Shown here piece after piece: positions 1 through 9,495 of a stretch of 64,000 bases of DNA (its first letter is position 1; the number at the start of each line of letters is the position of its first letter). Origin of the DNA: a virus (Duplodnaviria; Caudoviricetes); IMG/VR virus record IMGVR_UViG_3300001580_001418, positions 30,081 through 94,080 of that record, one strand, 5' to 3'. Under the pieces are notes generated by a model. The model was not told the DNA's origin, made no database searches, and was given only the letters and a program-made list of their open reading frames with translations. The position numbers and the translations under genes are program-made.

Positions 1-504
1 TCTCGATTGACTTAGGGCCACAAAGGCAATCAGCTTGCCAGCAGTTCCAGAAGCTGTCGTGGTCAATACCATGTACGTTACGGGCCCCCATGATCCGCCC
101 GTGGCAGAGAACGTCACCTGCTTGCTGGTAGCCATATAATCGCCCGAATCAAGAGCAAGCGTCGGCCATCCAACCGCACTCCGCTCAATCTCTTGGCGAG
201 CATAGCCATTCCCCGTCGGCTCGCCAACAAGATCAGCCATCGTATCGGTCTCCAGGGGCGTATCGTTATACAGGCCAAGATAAAACGTGGTGGGAAGGTT
301 CTGAGCGCGGAGATACCCATCGAGCATACTTTGCTCGCCCTCGTCCGCAAGCGCATTCTGCAGAACCTCGCTCCAAAGTAAATTGCCGTCCTTGTCCCGG
401 CACTCAATCTCATAAAACCCTATCCACGTCGCATGCTTCTTGCCTGAGAGCAGCGCCCTCAAAGCCATCTTCCAAGCTCTTTTTGAGAATAAACTTTCAA
501 ACAT
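1..504 (-). CDS. Phage tail/tail-fibre-associated structural protein (3' end runs off window; not in ORF track)
   Basis: ATG at 504 with AAAGGAGG RBS; open to position 1: MFESLFSK...TTFYLGLYNDTPLETDTMADLVGEPTGNGYARQEIER...VTFSATGGSWGPVT, a YLGL..P..GYARQ..TF..WG pattern typical of phage tail proteins. Confidence 0.75.
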   Translation of the reverse strand, partial: MFESLFSKRAWKMALRALLSGKKHATWIGFYEIECRDKDGNLLWSEVLQNALADEGEQSMLDGYLRAQNLPTTFYLGLYNDTPLETDTMADLVGEPTGNGYARQEIERSAVGWPTLALDSGDYMATSKQVTFSATGGSWGPVTYMVLTTTASGTAGKLIAFVALSQSR

Positions 505-520
505 CGTTTGACCCTCCTTT

Positions 521-534
521 CACGCTTTTGCGTA
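521..534. promoter_or_regulatory. Type-A operator-like palindrome CACGCTTTTGCGTA
   Basis: 1 mismatch to TACGC-N4-GCGTA; abuts the RBS of the gene starting at 504. Confidence 0.7.
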
Positions 535-579
535 ATATCAAGATAAAAAAATACCTACCCAATCGCCTACCAAGCTTCA

Positions 580-1143
580 TTACGACACTCTTATTTGATA
601 CTTATACTTCAACGTCAAAGCTTTCGTGCTTTGAATCAACACACCTGTCGGATTCACGTCCCTACACATCAAGAAATATTGTGCGATGGAATAAGTTCGG
701 GCAATTGCCCCAAACTCATAAACAGTTATGTCCGCACCCGAGCTGTTGGTAAAAATTCTTTGATGCTCAAAGTACCTCACACTGCCATCGGTCGTCGGGA
801 CAGTTGGCACTGTATCAGCCCCATAGGATAACTGACCAACCCCTGTCCCATGAGCAATTTTAGCCTGCAAAGCATAGTCCCCGGGTGCCACGGCATTCGT
901 GCCCGTGCCTACCACCAGACCAAAAAGGTCAGCCGCCGCAGCTGACATATAATGCATATTGTTATGAGTAGCCGCAGATGCATTCGACGTGTTGAGTGTA
1001 TTTAGAAACACAGCATTGCTCATCAAATCATACCACCAATAAATCATCGCATTCACTGGCGGATCGCAGATTTTTCTATACGCTAATCTGCCCGGAGCAC
1101 CTATTCTTCCAACATAAGCCTTTAACTCGATATTAAATCTCAC
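580..1143 (-). CDS. Tail paralog 6 (tail-collar-fibre/DUF3751-like fold)
   Basis: VGTGTNAV..GDYALQAKIAHGTG.GQL.Y ... FTNSSG.DITV.E.G ... RDV motif shared with five neighbours. Confidence 0.75.
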   Translation of the reverse strand: MRFNIELKAYVGRIGAPGRLAYRKICDPPVNAMIYWWYDLMSNAVFLNTLNTSNASAATHNNMHYMSAAAADLFGLVVGTGTNAVAPGDYALQAKIAHGTGVGQLSYGADTVPTVPTTDGSVRYFEHQRIFTNSSGADITVYEFGAIARTYSIAQYFLMCRDVNPTGVLIQSTKALTLKYKYQIRVS

Positions 1144-1763
1144 GGCAATGGAATCTCCATTCTATAATTAAAAAAATACTCGTCTCCTGGCTCAAACAGA
1201 ATCCCGTCTGGAACCACATCGCGTGCAAACATCCAGCTATACAGAGCACTGGTGAATACATAAAGCCCTACCTCAAAGATGCGTAGTGGGCTGGTGTGTT
1301 TGTTTTCCACCGCACGAACATTTTGCAGAAAACGCATGTTCTTTTGCGGACCGTTCACAGCGTAAATCGGATAGCCCATATCTTGAACTTTATAAAACAA
1401 CTGACCTGACCCGGTACCGTGTGCTACCAGTGCTCCAAGAGAATATTGCGACAAAGCTGGCGGTGCAGAGCCTGTGCCAAGCACTACCCCTTTATTTGTC
1501 TCGCCCACAGCGGCTAAGACCGTCGGTGTCATATTGTAATTCATACCCCTCAACGTATTCGTTATGTCTAACGACGTATATGCAGGCAGCTCGGTATATC
1601 TGGAATGAGTATACAGAAAATCAATCCAAGCCCGAGCAGGTGGATCATCAGGATTCGAATAGACCAAAACCTTCTTTTTACCTACCCGCTTGTAGACATA
1701 AAGTCCAAATCCAAACGAATACGCATTCGGCTCATGCGACTGACGTCGAGTAACACGTTTCAA
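1140..1763 (-). CDS. Tail paralog 5 (start uncertain: TTG 1763, or frameshifted ATG 1735)
   Basis: LGTGSAPP...YSLGALVAHGTGSGQLFY ... EVGLY ... ARDV. Confidence 0.7.
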   Translation of the reverse strand: MKRVTRRQSHEPNAYSFGFGLYVYKRVGKKKVLVYSNPDDPPARAWIDFLYTHSRYTELPAYTSLDITNTLRGMNYNMTPTVLAAVGETNKGVVLGTGSAPPALSQYSLGALVAHGTGSGQLFYKVQDMGYPIYAVNGPQKNMRFLQNVRAVENKHTSPLRIFEVGLYVFTSALYSWMFARDVVPDGILFEPGDEYFFNYRMEIPLP

Positions 1764-1860
1764 GGAAAAAGCTCCTCTCTAAGTAAATTATCGCCCCTCT
1801 TTTCGATGCATGTTTGCTTCTTTTCTTCTTTTTCTCTTCTATCAGTTTATATCGTCTCAT
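1732..1860 (-). CDS. Small basic spacer protein (42 aa), similar to 3029-3241
   Basis: RBS AAGGAGAAAGGG, ATG 1860: MRRYKLIEEKKKKRSKHASKRGAIIYLERSFFLETCYSTSVA*. Confidence 0.55.
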   Translation of the reverse strand: MRRYKLIEEKKKKRSKHASKRGAIIYLERSFFLETCYSTSVA

Positions 1861-1870
1861 CCCTTTCTCC

Positions 1871-2455
1871 TTACGGTGCGGTAACTTTTACCCTGTACGT
1901 GATAGTCAGTGTCTTGGTATCAAGCACATCAATCGCCGTACCGAGGACATCCCTACACATCAGCCAATACAAGGCTTGCCCTTCATATCTATCGACCAGA
2001 CCTATCTCGGCCACCGTTACTGTTGACCCTGAACCATTTGTAAACCCCCTAACCACTTCGCAATAACAATCATTTCCTACGATAGTCGGAGCAATAAGGG
2101 TCACAGCCCCATACTGCAGCTGGCCAGTTCCAGTTCCGTGGGCAATCTTCGTTGCAAGAGCATAGTCGCTTACGGTTACGGCCGTTGTTCCAGATCCAAC
2201 CATAACTCCATAGTTCGCATCCGCTGAGGCAGCGTTTACACACCATGCCTGTCCAGAACCTATCACGAAGGACCTATCAACATTGCTGGTATCCTTCATG
2301 GTATACCCGAGACCCGTGCCAATACAGTACAGCCACGGATTAAATCCCCTAACCGGCGGATCGTTCCGCTTTCTAAAGACCATCTTGCGATGCCTTCCAC
2401 CGAGGTCACTCAGATATCCAAAAGCATCGATTAGAATTCCATGGCTTCTTCTCAT
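1871..2455 (-). CDS. Tail paralog 4
   Basis: VGSGTTAVTVSDYALATKIAHGTGTGQLQYG ... FTNGSG ... EIGL ... RDV. Confidence 0.75.
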   Translation of the reverse strand: MRRSHGILIDAFGYLSDLGGRHRKMVFRKRNDPPVRGFNPWLYCIGTGLGYTMKDTSNVDRSFVIGSGQAWCVNAASADANYGVMVGSGTTAVTVSDYALATKIAHGTGTGQLQYGAVTLIAPTIVGNDCYCEVVRGFTNGSGSTVTVAEIGLVDRYEGQALYWLMCRDVLGTAIDVLDTKTLTITYRVKVTAP

Positions 2456-2464
2456 CTTCTTCTC

Positions 2465-3019
2465 CTAAATTGTCGTCTGAACCTTATAAACCACAATCAA
2501 AATCCCCTCAGCCGGTACCGTTATTCCGCCCGTTGTATCTCTTGCAAGTAAAAAATACCATCCACCATTCAACCCATAAATGCCTACCTCATTTACCGTC
2601 ACATCCCCACCAGATAGGTTGATAATCTGCCTATAACCCTCTGTTGTGTACGTGCTTCCCGATAAGGTCGGGGCGGACCAATAGTTAGCCGAATAATACA
2701 GTTGACCACTACCCGTTCCATGCGCAATCAACGTTTGGAGCGTATAATCGCTAACGGTAACCGCATTCGCGCCCGTGCCTACCACAATTCCATAGGCATT
2801 CCCAGCAGCAGGATTGATTACGATTGAAGTATGGACATAAGACCTCTGTGTCCCCGATACATCCTTCCAGTTTTGATTGACCATTGTAAAATGGGTATAA
2901 ATAGCATAAAGCATAGCTTGGACAAAAGGATCGTTCTTCTTTCTCAATGCCAGCTTTCTTTTTCCTTTTTGATCCACCAAATACATTTCTAATCGCAAGA
3001 ACGTTCCTTTTTTTCCCAC
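2465..3019 (-). CDS. Tail paralog 3
   Basis: VGTGANAVTVSDYTLQTLIAHGTGSGQLYY ... NLSGGDVTVNEVG ... ARD. Confidence 0.75.
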   Translation of the reverse strand: MGKKGTFLRLEMYLVDQKGKRKLALRKKNDPFVQAMLYAIYTHFTMVNQNWKDVSGTQRSYVHTSIVINPAAGNAYGIVVGTGANAVTVSDYTLQTLIAHGTGSGQLYYSANYWSAPTLSGSTYTTEGYRQIINLSGGDVTVNEVGIYGLNGGWYFLLARDTTGGITVPAEGILIVVYKVQTTI

Positions 3020-3028
3020 TGCGGCCTC

Positions 3029-3241
3029 CTATGTTACTTCCGTTGAATATTCCGACCCATAGCTACACGTTTTGGTCGGCCAACCTGGCGTCACGGCATT
3101 GGTTCCGGTCGACCCCCACGTCCCGGTCTTTAACAACGCATCTCCCAAAACCGCTTGATTGGGACCAGAGCCGTACGCACACGTTGGGCCAATTGCCTCA
3201 CCTTTATACTTTTCTTGTCCGAGTAGCTTTCTTCTTCTCAT
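3029..3241 (-). CDS. Small spacer protein (70 aa)
   Basis: ATGA-coupled to upstream gene; MRRRKL...TGTNAVTPG...YSTEVT. Confidence 0.6.
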   Translation of the reverse strand: MRRRKLLGQEKYKGEAIGPTCAYGSGPNQAVLGDALLKTGTWGSTGTNAVTPGWPTKTCSYGSEYSTEVT

Positions 3242-3810
3242 GTCGTTATGCTCATTTTATACCTTAAGGTAAATATTTTCCCGTTGTTCACCGTTACTCC
3301 CGACCCTAAAACATCTCTCGCAAGCAAATAATAATACGCGGCAGCCTCATACTTTGAGTAGAGCCCAGTCTCATTAATCGTCACATCACCACCCGATGAA
3401 TTGGTAAAAGGACGGTGGAACACCATCAAAGTCTCGCTCGCACCCACCGTAAATATCACTAGTTCCGTAATCCCGTACACCAGCTGGCCAGATCCGGTCC
3501 CTTTGGCTATTTTTGTCTGTAGAGCATAATCATCCACACCCACTGCATTCGTGCCTGAACCAACCACGGGACCATAAGCATCTTCGTCCCGAGGAGCATT
3601 GAGCAGCATAGCATATCCAATCCACGCCCACGGACTGCTCTGATCATTCCCATCCACCTTCTTCATTGGAACACTTACATCTCCCGTGAACATCGAATAC
3701 ATATACCAATGGAAAGCCTTCACCACTGGATCACACCTCTTCCTGAAAACAAGACGAGGCTTGCCTCCGCAACCACTCAGATAACCGCTCAATTCAATAT
3801 TGAATCTCAT
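3238..3810 (-). CDS. Tail paralog 2
   Basis: VGSGTNAVGVDDYALQTKIAKGTGSGQLVYG; N-terminus MRFNIEL identical to 580-1143. Confidence 0.75.
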   Translation of the reverse strand: MRFNIELSGYLSGCGGKPRLVFRKRCDPVVKAFHWYMYSMFTGDVSVPMKKVDGNDQSSPWAWIGYAMLLNAPRDEDAYGPVVGSGTNAVGVDDYALQTKIAKGTGSGQLVYGITELVIFTVGASETLMVFHRPFTNSSGGDVTINETGLYSKYEAAAYYYLLARDVLGSGVTVNNGKIFTLRYKMSITT

Positions 3811-4379
3811 ATCGAGGTTTCCATTCTGTACGTCACCGACATTGTTGCTCTATCCAGGATTGCAACGCCCGGGCTAACTAAATCCCTTGCCAACACGTAA
3901 TAATAGCTGCCATGAGTTCCATAAAGTCCCACTTCATTCACCGTTATAGAACCACCTGATAAATTCGTAAGCTCCCGGATAAACACCGATCTATACATAG
4001 AGCCTGTCGGCTTTGCAGGCTGCGTAACTGCCATTGCCTGGTAATACAATTGCCCGCTTCCTGAACCATGCGCGATTATTGTATCCAGCTTATAGGCATC
4101 AAGACTAATCGCTGCCGTCCCCGTTCCGACCACGATTCCATAACTTCCATTTGCAACTCCAGCGGTTATAGACATCCCGGTCTGATTCCAGTCACGGCTG
4201 GTGTTGGTGATGTCTTTTATGGCTATTGTCGTTACATTCCAAAAAATCCCATACATCAAATATATTAAAGCCTTCATGAACGGATCGTCATTGAGCTGGC
4301 GCACCAAACGAAATTCTTTCTCGTCCTCGTTCCTCAAACGAATGTCACAGTGAAGATTAAAAAGCTGTTTCTTTCCCAC
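3807..4379 (-). CDS. Tail paralog 1
   Basis: VGTGTAAISLDAYKLDTIIAHGSGSGQLYY; N-terminus MGKK like 2465-3019. Confidence 0.75.
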   Translation of the reverse strand: MGKKQLFNLHCDIRLRNEDEKEFRLVRQLNDDPFMKALIYLMYGIFWNVTTIAIKDITNTSRDWNQTGMSITAGVANGSYGIVVGTGTAAISLDAYKLDTIIAHGSGSGQLYYQAMAVTQPAKPTGSMYRSVFIRELTNLSGGSITVNEVGLYGTHGSYYYVLARDLVSPGVAILDRATMSVTYRMETSI

Positions 4380-4382
4380 TTC

Positions 4383-4874
4383 TCAGATTACCTCTCCATA
4401 GATATTCATCGAACCTGTCGAGATTGACTTGACTGCCAGCCTTATAGAGGTTGCCCCCATCACGTCGACCATCTTGACGGTGCCAAAATAATTTCCAGTC
4501 GAAGTTCTTCTCCACTGCGATGCAGTAAAGGCTATCTCCTCACCAACGCCGATTATGGCAGGCGTGGTTGCGCCATCATAAAATACTGGCACTATCACGC
4601 AATTCGCCCCTGCTGTGTTAAAATCCACCTCGATCAATAGCACTGACTTATCGCCAACCGTTATCGCTGTCGATGTCAGGGCTGAAAGATCTACACCATC
4701 AGCAGCTGATATCGTCGCCCTATTTGGCGCACTATAAAAAGTCGACGGCAGATGAAGCGAGGCAAAATCAAACTTTTGGATTAACCTGTCGTGGGAATCC
4801 CCCTGCTCGTGACCATCTCTCGCCCCAATATACGCCCCCGTTCCTACATTTATTCCTACCGCTCGTTCAGCCAA
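4383..4874 (-). CDS. Putative tail structural protein (likely TTG start at 4874)
   Basis: AAGGAGGTG RBS before TTG 4874; beta-rich Ala/Thr/Val composition; tail module context. Confidence 0.55.
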   Translation of the reverse strand: MAERAVGINVGTGAYIGARDGHEQGDSHDRLIQKFDFASLHLPSTFYSAPNRATISAADGVDLSALTSTAITVGDKSVLLIEVDFNTAGANCVIVPVFYDGATTPAIIGVGEEIAFTASQWRRTSTGNYFGTVKMVDVMGATSIRLAVKSISTGSMNIYGEVI

Positions 4875-4893
4875 GGTCTCCACCTCCTTTAGG

Positions 4894-5409
4894 TCAGTCA
4901 GGGTCCAACGTGATCTTCGGGATGAACCCATGACTATCAGGTAAGTATTGAGAAAAATCACTCCCACCAGTAAGTTCTTTCCACCACTCAATCACACCCT
5001 TTTCAGAAAGAACCTTATTGCCACACTTCAAACAGCCCCAATATGTCTTGTTCTTTCCATCCTTCGAATCGCTGCAACCACCACAAATCGGATGCAGTTG
5101 CATACATTTTTGTTTTCCACACTTTGGGCAGTCCATTTTTGGAAAAACATCCCTAAACAGGTTATAGTTTTTCTGCGTTCTCACTTCGCCAGTAGCTTCG
5201 TCAACCTCTCTTACTATCTGAACCTTCTCGTGAGGGCCTATAACAAGACCGTCTTCGCCTACGGGCGGCGCATTCGGGTCACGTTTCAATATCTTTAGCG
5301 GATCGTCGTTATAATGTTTTGTCCTATATTTTTTCACTCTATCGGCTGTCGTTTTTAATTCAGGATAAAATCTCTGCAATAACTTGTAGCGGTGAATCTT
5401 TTCTTCCAT
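4894..5409 (-). CDS. Multi-Cys zinc-ribbon protein in tail module
   Basis: CPKC, CGGC and CLKC motifs; likely ATG 5409. Confidence 0.6.
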   Translation of the reverse strand: MEEKIHRYKLLQRFYPELKTTADRVKKYRTKHYNDDPLKILKRDPNAPPVGEDGLVIGPHEKVQIVREVDEATGEVRTQKNYNLFRDVFPKMDCPKCGKQKCMQLHPICGGCSDSKDGKNKTYWGCLKCGNKVLSEKGVIEWWKELTGGSDFSQYLPDSHGFIPKITLDPD

Positions 5410-5420
5410 GTCAAACCCCC

Positions 5421-7373
5421 TTAAGAAAGTGCCCCGGGACAGCATTTATGTTCTTTCAACCACTGAGACCTAACGTCATAAACCCCACCGCAAGTGACGC
5501 ATATCCATCCGACACCTGGATGATACCATCGCCCTCGGCAATACTCCGGTGGCGCGCAGCATGTGGGCGGATTCCACGCACAGGTCGTTCCTTCCGTCCC
5601 CATAGCGCTACATCCGCCTCCGGGGTTGCTCCCATGGATAATGCAATACGATCTCCAGGCCCCGCCATCTTTACCAACAAAATCCCCCCTGCAATTATAA
5701 TTATCAAATCCCCATTGCCATCCAAGGCCAAAATGCCAGTTATAGCCTTGATCCAGCCAACTATAAAGATAGTCCGGATTTCGGCAGGAATCACACCAAG
5801 AACCCCAATATTGCTCATTCGCAACCCATACTTTTTTATAGGCAACCTCATTCGTATAAACAGCATTAATTGTCATATCGACTTGGTCTTCAGCACCACA
5901 GGCGTCTTGACAGGTTATCTTAATTGTCCACTTCTCACAGTTGTCCCATGAATCCTCATCCGGTGCAGTGTAGGTCGCTGACGTTGTGTCTTCGCTAACC
6001 TCGATCTCTCCTGGGCCATCAAGCGACCACGCAAACGGTGGGCATCCACCATCCTCAGCCGGTTCAACCCACAGGTCAACAACAGTTCCAGGACCGATCG
6101 TTTCCACGTCATCAGGTTCGGTATAAATAATCACCAGACGATCCCCTGGAAGCTTTAAGCAGCAATCAAAACTAATCATCTGGTCGTACCGACAGTACGG
6201 AACATCGTCTTCTCCGCTACCCATTTGAACGCTGAGGATCACCGTTCCGGATCCAGCTAACGGGTTTACCGCAAAATCAAATCGATACTCAGGCGGGTTT
6301 TCGGATATTTCCTGCACGTTGGACATTTGAACGTCGCAAATCGGCCCATTCCCATTGCAGTCGTGGAACCAATACGTAAGCGGGGCCATTGACCTCTCGG
6401 TGGGAGTGCAATCGTGATACCATCCCTTAACCGTGGCCTGATAGACTAAACCGGTTGCAATGGGACTTGGAGCATTGGCAAGAACATCACACCAGCACCC
6501 GACGTATAACAGCTCATCTTTCTCGCAGAACGGAACATTGTCGGGTCCAACAACCTCAACGTGTACGTTGAAAACCGCATACTTCTCATCTCCGTCTTCA
6601 ACCGTTGGAATAAAAACTATGTGGTCTTTGTCCTCGGAAATCATCTCGACCGAACAGGTCCCAACGCACGTCAAGACAGAAACATCCCAGGAGACAGTCA
6701 TGTCTTCCTCTTCCCGGTCAGAACTGCATCCAGCAAGAGAAAGATCTTTCGTTGCGGTTACTGTATCGCCTGAGCCGACCTTACTTCCTGGAGCAAGATC
6801 GATCGTCACCTCGCAGGTACACCCAAGTATTTTTACTCTCTTTGCGGTCGTACATTCCGGTGTCCCATCCACCCCCTCAAAGCTTGCAACCAGCGTGACA
6901 TAACAAAAATCTTCCCCTGTGTACGGATAAACCGAAGCTATATTTGGAGTCCACAGCAATTCCCATTCCGCTGGCGGGGCAATAATCGTCCCGCTGCACT
7001 TACCTTCAGAAACGATTTCCCACGTCGGGACCATTCCTTCGTACGACGATGGATTACAGCCCTTGTCGTATTCGATTTCGACCGTATGTGACGTATCTTC
7101 GCCATTCTTAACCTCAGAGGGTCCAACAATAGTTAAACGGCACCTACAATGCTTTCTTTCCTTTTCCTTCTTTTGGGTAATCTCACGCTTTACCTCAACG
7201 CTGCTCTGTTCTTTTTTGTATATCGGGAGCCACCGCCTGCAACTTCGATCAAAGACTAAGAGAACCGAATCTCCAACCTTGTAATTCCCTTCAACAACGT
7301 GGCCTTGCTTCGTCATAAAGGACGTACCACCAAGTTCCGCAATAACCTCGTCGTGTACAAAATCCTGCCTCAA
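5421..7373 (-). CDS. Cys-rich tail tip/adhesin-like protein with three tandem ~110-aa repeats
   Basis: About 38 Cys in 650 aa; repeats open with CxC and close with G.D..P.C; located after the hub gene. Confidence 0.65.
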   Translation of the reverse strand: MRQDFVHDEVIAELGGTSFMTKQGHVVEGNYKVGDSVLLVFDRSCRRWLPIYKKEQSSVEVKREITQKKEKERKHCRCRLTIVGPSEVKNGEDTSHTVEIEYDKGCNPSSYEGMVPTWEIVSEGKCSGTIIAPPAEWELLWTPNIASVYPYTGEDFCYVTLVASFEGVDGTPECTTAKRVKILGCTCEVTIDLAPGSKVGSGDTVTATKDLSLAGCSSDREEEDMTVSWDVSVLTCVGTCSVEMISEDKDHIVFIPTVEDGDEKYAVFNVHVEVVGPDNVPFCEKDELLYVGCWCDVLANAPSPIATGLVYQATVKGWYHDCTPTERSMAPLTYWFHDCNGNGPICDVQMSNVQEISENPPEYRFDFAVNPLAGSGTVILSVQMGSGEDDVPYCRYDQMISFDCCLKLPGDRLVIIYTEPDDVETIGPGTVVDLWVEPAEDGGCPPFAWSLDGPGEIEVSEDTTSATYTAPDEDSWDNCEKWTIKITCQDACGAEDQVDMTINAVYTNEVAYKKVWVANEQYWGSWCDSCRNPDYLYSWLDQGYNWHFGLGWQWGFDNYNCRGDFVGKDGGAWRSYCIIHGSNPGGGCSAMGTEGTTCAWNPPTCCAPPEYCRGRWYHPGVGWICVTCGGVYDVRSQWLKEHKCCPGALS

Positions 7374-7375
7374 AT

Positions 7376-7579
7376 CTAATCCTCTCCCATACAGATGCGG
7401 ATATGCTTACAGCCCATCCACGGAATCACAAGCCCCTTTGCGCCCTGATCAACTCCTACCGTCATATCGTTATTACCAACCACAAGCCCACTTTGAAGGC
7501 TGAAATTATTCCCAAAGCCAACTTCGATCGACGCCAGCTTTTCGTTTCGTTCCTTTTCCGCTTCTCTTCGTTTCATCAC
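7376..7579 (-). CDS. Small hypothetical tail protein
   Basis: ATGA-coupled ORF in the tail operon. Confidence 0.5.
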   Translation of the reverse strand: MMKRREAEKERNEKLASIEVGFGNNFSLQSGLVVGNNDMTVGVDQGAKGLVIPWMGCKHIRICMGED

Positions 7580-9495
7580 TCAACCTTTCCTTGCAGCGTA
7601 ATAACTGTCTGCATCTGCCCCGACTTGGCATCCTTACTTCTTGTCCAGCTCGCAATCATCCCGTCCCTCACCGTAACTGCCGGAATCTGCTCACCCCTAC
7701 CAGCAGGCAACGTCCCAAACTCAGCTCTCCATCCAATATCAACATCAACGTCCTTGGGCAACATCAACTGCCGTTCAATCGTATACTGATAACTCACAGC
7801 ATTCCTTTTTACTTCGGTAAGAAGTGCCGCAGCATCTGCCCAAGTACAAATATTTGGGTTGCTCACTACCAGTGCTGCAACGTCCATTGACCCTTGAGAA
7901 CTCGGCTTTTCTTCAGCATAAACCTGTAATTTTCTATAAGGTTTGGGGTGTTTTGGCACCCTTCCCTTTATATTGTCCACCGTTGAGGTATGCTTTCCAT
8001 CCCCAAGCTGTCTAAGCAAGCCACCGAGCGTCCTATGATACGTAACCTTCTGATACAAATCGTTCGTAATCTGCCTATAAAATACATATCTTTCCTCAAC
8101 TACTGCCCGAGCCATATATGGGCCGCCTGGGGCATCTCCCTCTTGCATCCACCACCAATCGCCAAGGTCCAATTCGTAATACGTTTCCTTCCCGTAACTT
8201 GTTTGCCTGAAGCAATCCGACTCCCGACTCATTGTCTCAGCAATAAGGTTTCCGTTCGGAGCGTAAACCCAGGTCTCCTCAATTTTATCCACCTTCTGTT
8301 TATAGTACCTACTTGGAGTAAATCCAGGGGCATAAACAAGCATCCATGTGTATCTGCCAGTCTCGGTTACTCTCTTAGTCATTCTTGGCTTGTCAAACTG
8401 CTCGTCCAAAAATTCATACGTGTACGTCTCCATTGAATCATACGTGGTCACATCGGGAAGCCCACTGACCGAGAGGAGACGATTCTGCGTCGTCACATGC
8501 CTCGACAGCAAAGCCTTGTTGTTCCCAAATGGGTCCAACCGCCAGTTTTCTTCGGTCGTCGTGTAATCGGACATCGGCTGCCCCATCGGTAACTGTACGT
8601 TGTATTCCCCCGTACCAGACAACCTTGTTCCGAGGAACCTGTTGACCGCACTCATATCTCCATTCATTCGTAAATACATCTGCATTCCGCTCTCAGACCC
8701 GATTGTATTCCTTACTATGACACTCTTTTCCGCTTCCACCCTACCCTTATATTTCGATCTATCCCATTCGCCCAACCCACCCATCACCTTGATATATGTC
8801 ACCTTGCTATCGTAGTTGAACGTTTCTTTTTGGCTCGCGTGGGAAATCTTATCGAAGGAAACCGAACCATTCCGATACGGCTGGTTGAAAATGTAAAGGA
8901 CTCCCTCATCGATATAAATCGTGGGTTTCAGAAAATTAACTACAGAAACGATCGTGTCAAAATAGGAAGACTGAATGTCCGCACTTACCTGCCTCAACCA
9001 GTACGAGCGCACGTTGCAAATTAATTGCAACCCCATTCTCGCCACCAAATCGATTATCACATCGCTTGACGACCACCCCCCGGCAAGCGTCCTCTCGTTG
9101 CACACCTTGATCAACGGGATATAATCAAGATACGAATAATCGACCACCATATTACTGCCAGAATTGGCAATCTGAAACTCTTCGAGTTCATTGGGGGTCA
9201 TCGACATATACATCAGGCTCTTCGATGGCGCCTTTCTAATAACATCCACCACCTTCGAGACCCCACCTATCACGGTCTGGTAACCCTCTGGACCAGAATT
9301 ATACTCCCGTGTCGTCACAAACCCATTTATTCCTCTTATCGTTATGTCAGACCCAGGCGGATAGCCAGCCTCAACACTCGGCAAGGTGAGCGAGAAATCT
9401 TCTCCAGCGGATTCTTTAGCCCTACTGATTACATAATCAGATACAGGCGTGATTCCGAATGATAATTCCTTAATATCAACCAATCGACCCATCAA
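7576..9495 (-). CDS. Putative tail hub/baseplate protein
   Basis: 639 aa, directly downstream of tape measure, ATGA-coupled. Confidence 0.6.
   Translation of the reverse strand: MMGRLVDIKELSFGITPVSDYVISRAKESAGEDFSLTLPSVEAGYPPGSDITIRGINGFVTTREYNSGPEGYQTVIGGVSKVVDVIRKAPSKSLMYMSMTPNELEEFQIANSGSNMVVDYSYLDYIPLIKVCNERTLAGGWSSSDVIIDLVARMGLQLICNVRSYWLRQVSADIQSSYFDTIVSVVNFLKPTIYIDEGVLYIFNQPYRNGSVSFDKISHASQKETFNYDSKVTYIKVMGGLGEWDRSKYKGRVEAEKSVIVRNTIGSESGMQMYLRMNGDMSAVNRFLGTRLSGTGEYNVQLPMGQPMSDYTTTEENWRLDPFGNNKALLSRHVTTQNRLLSVSGLPDVTTYDSMETYTYEFLDEQFDKPRMTKRVTETGRYTWMLVYAPGFTPSRYYKQKVDKIEETWVYAPNGNLIAETMSRESDCFRQTSYGKETYYELDLGDWWWMQEGDAPGGPYMARAVVEERYVFYRQITNDLYQKVTYHRTLGGLLRQLGDGKHTSTVDNIKGRVPKHPKPYRKLQVYAEEKPSSQGSMDVAALVVSNPNICTWADAAALLTEVKRNAVSYQYTIERQLMLPKDVDVDIGWRAEFGTLPAGRGEQIPAVTVRDGMIASWTRSKDAKSGQMQTVITLQGKVE

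Noticed and set aside
580-4379. Invertible shufflon of tail cassettes
   Set aside because: All paralogs are co-oriented full genes with their own starts; no invertase or inverted crossover repeats seen
1-7373. Diversity-generating retroelement acting on tail genes
   Set aside because: No reverse transcriptase and no near-identical TR/VR pair differing at adenines seen in the window; it could lie beyond the left edge
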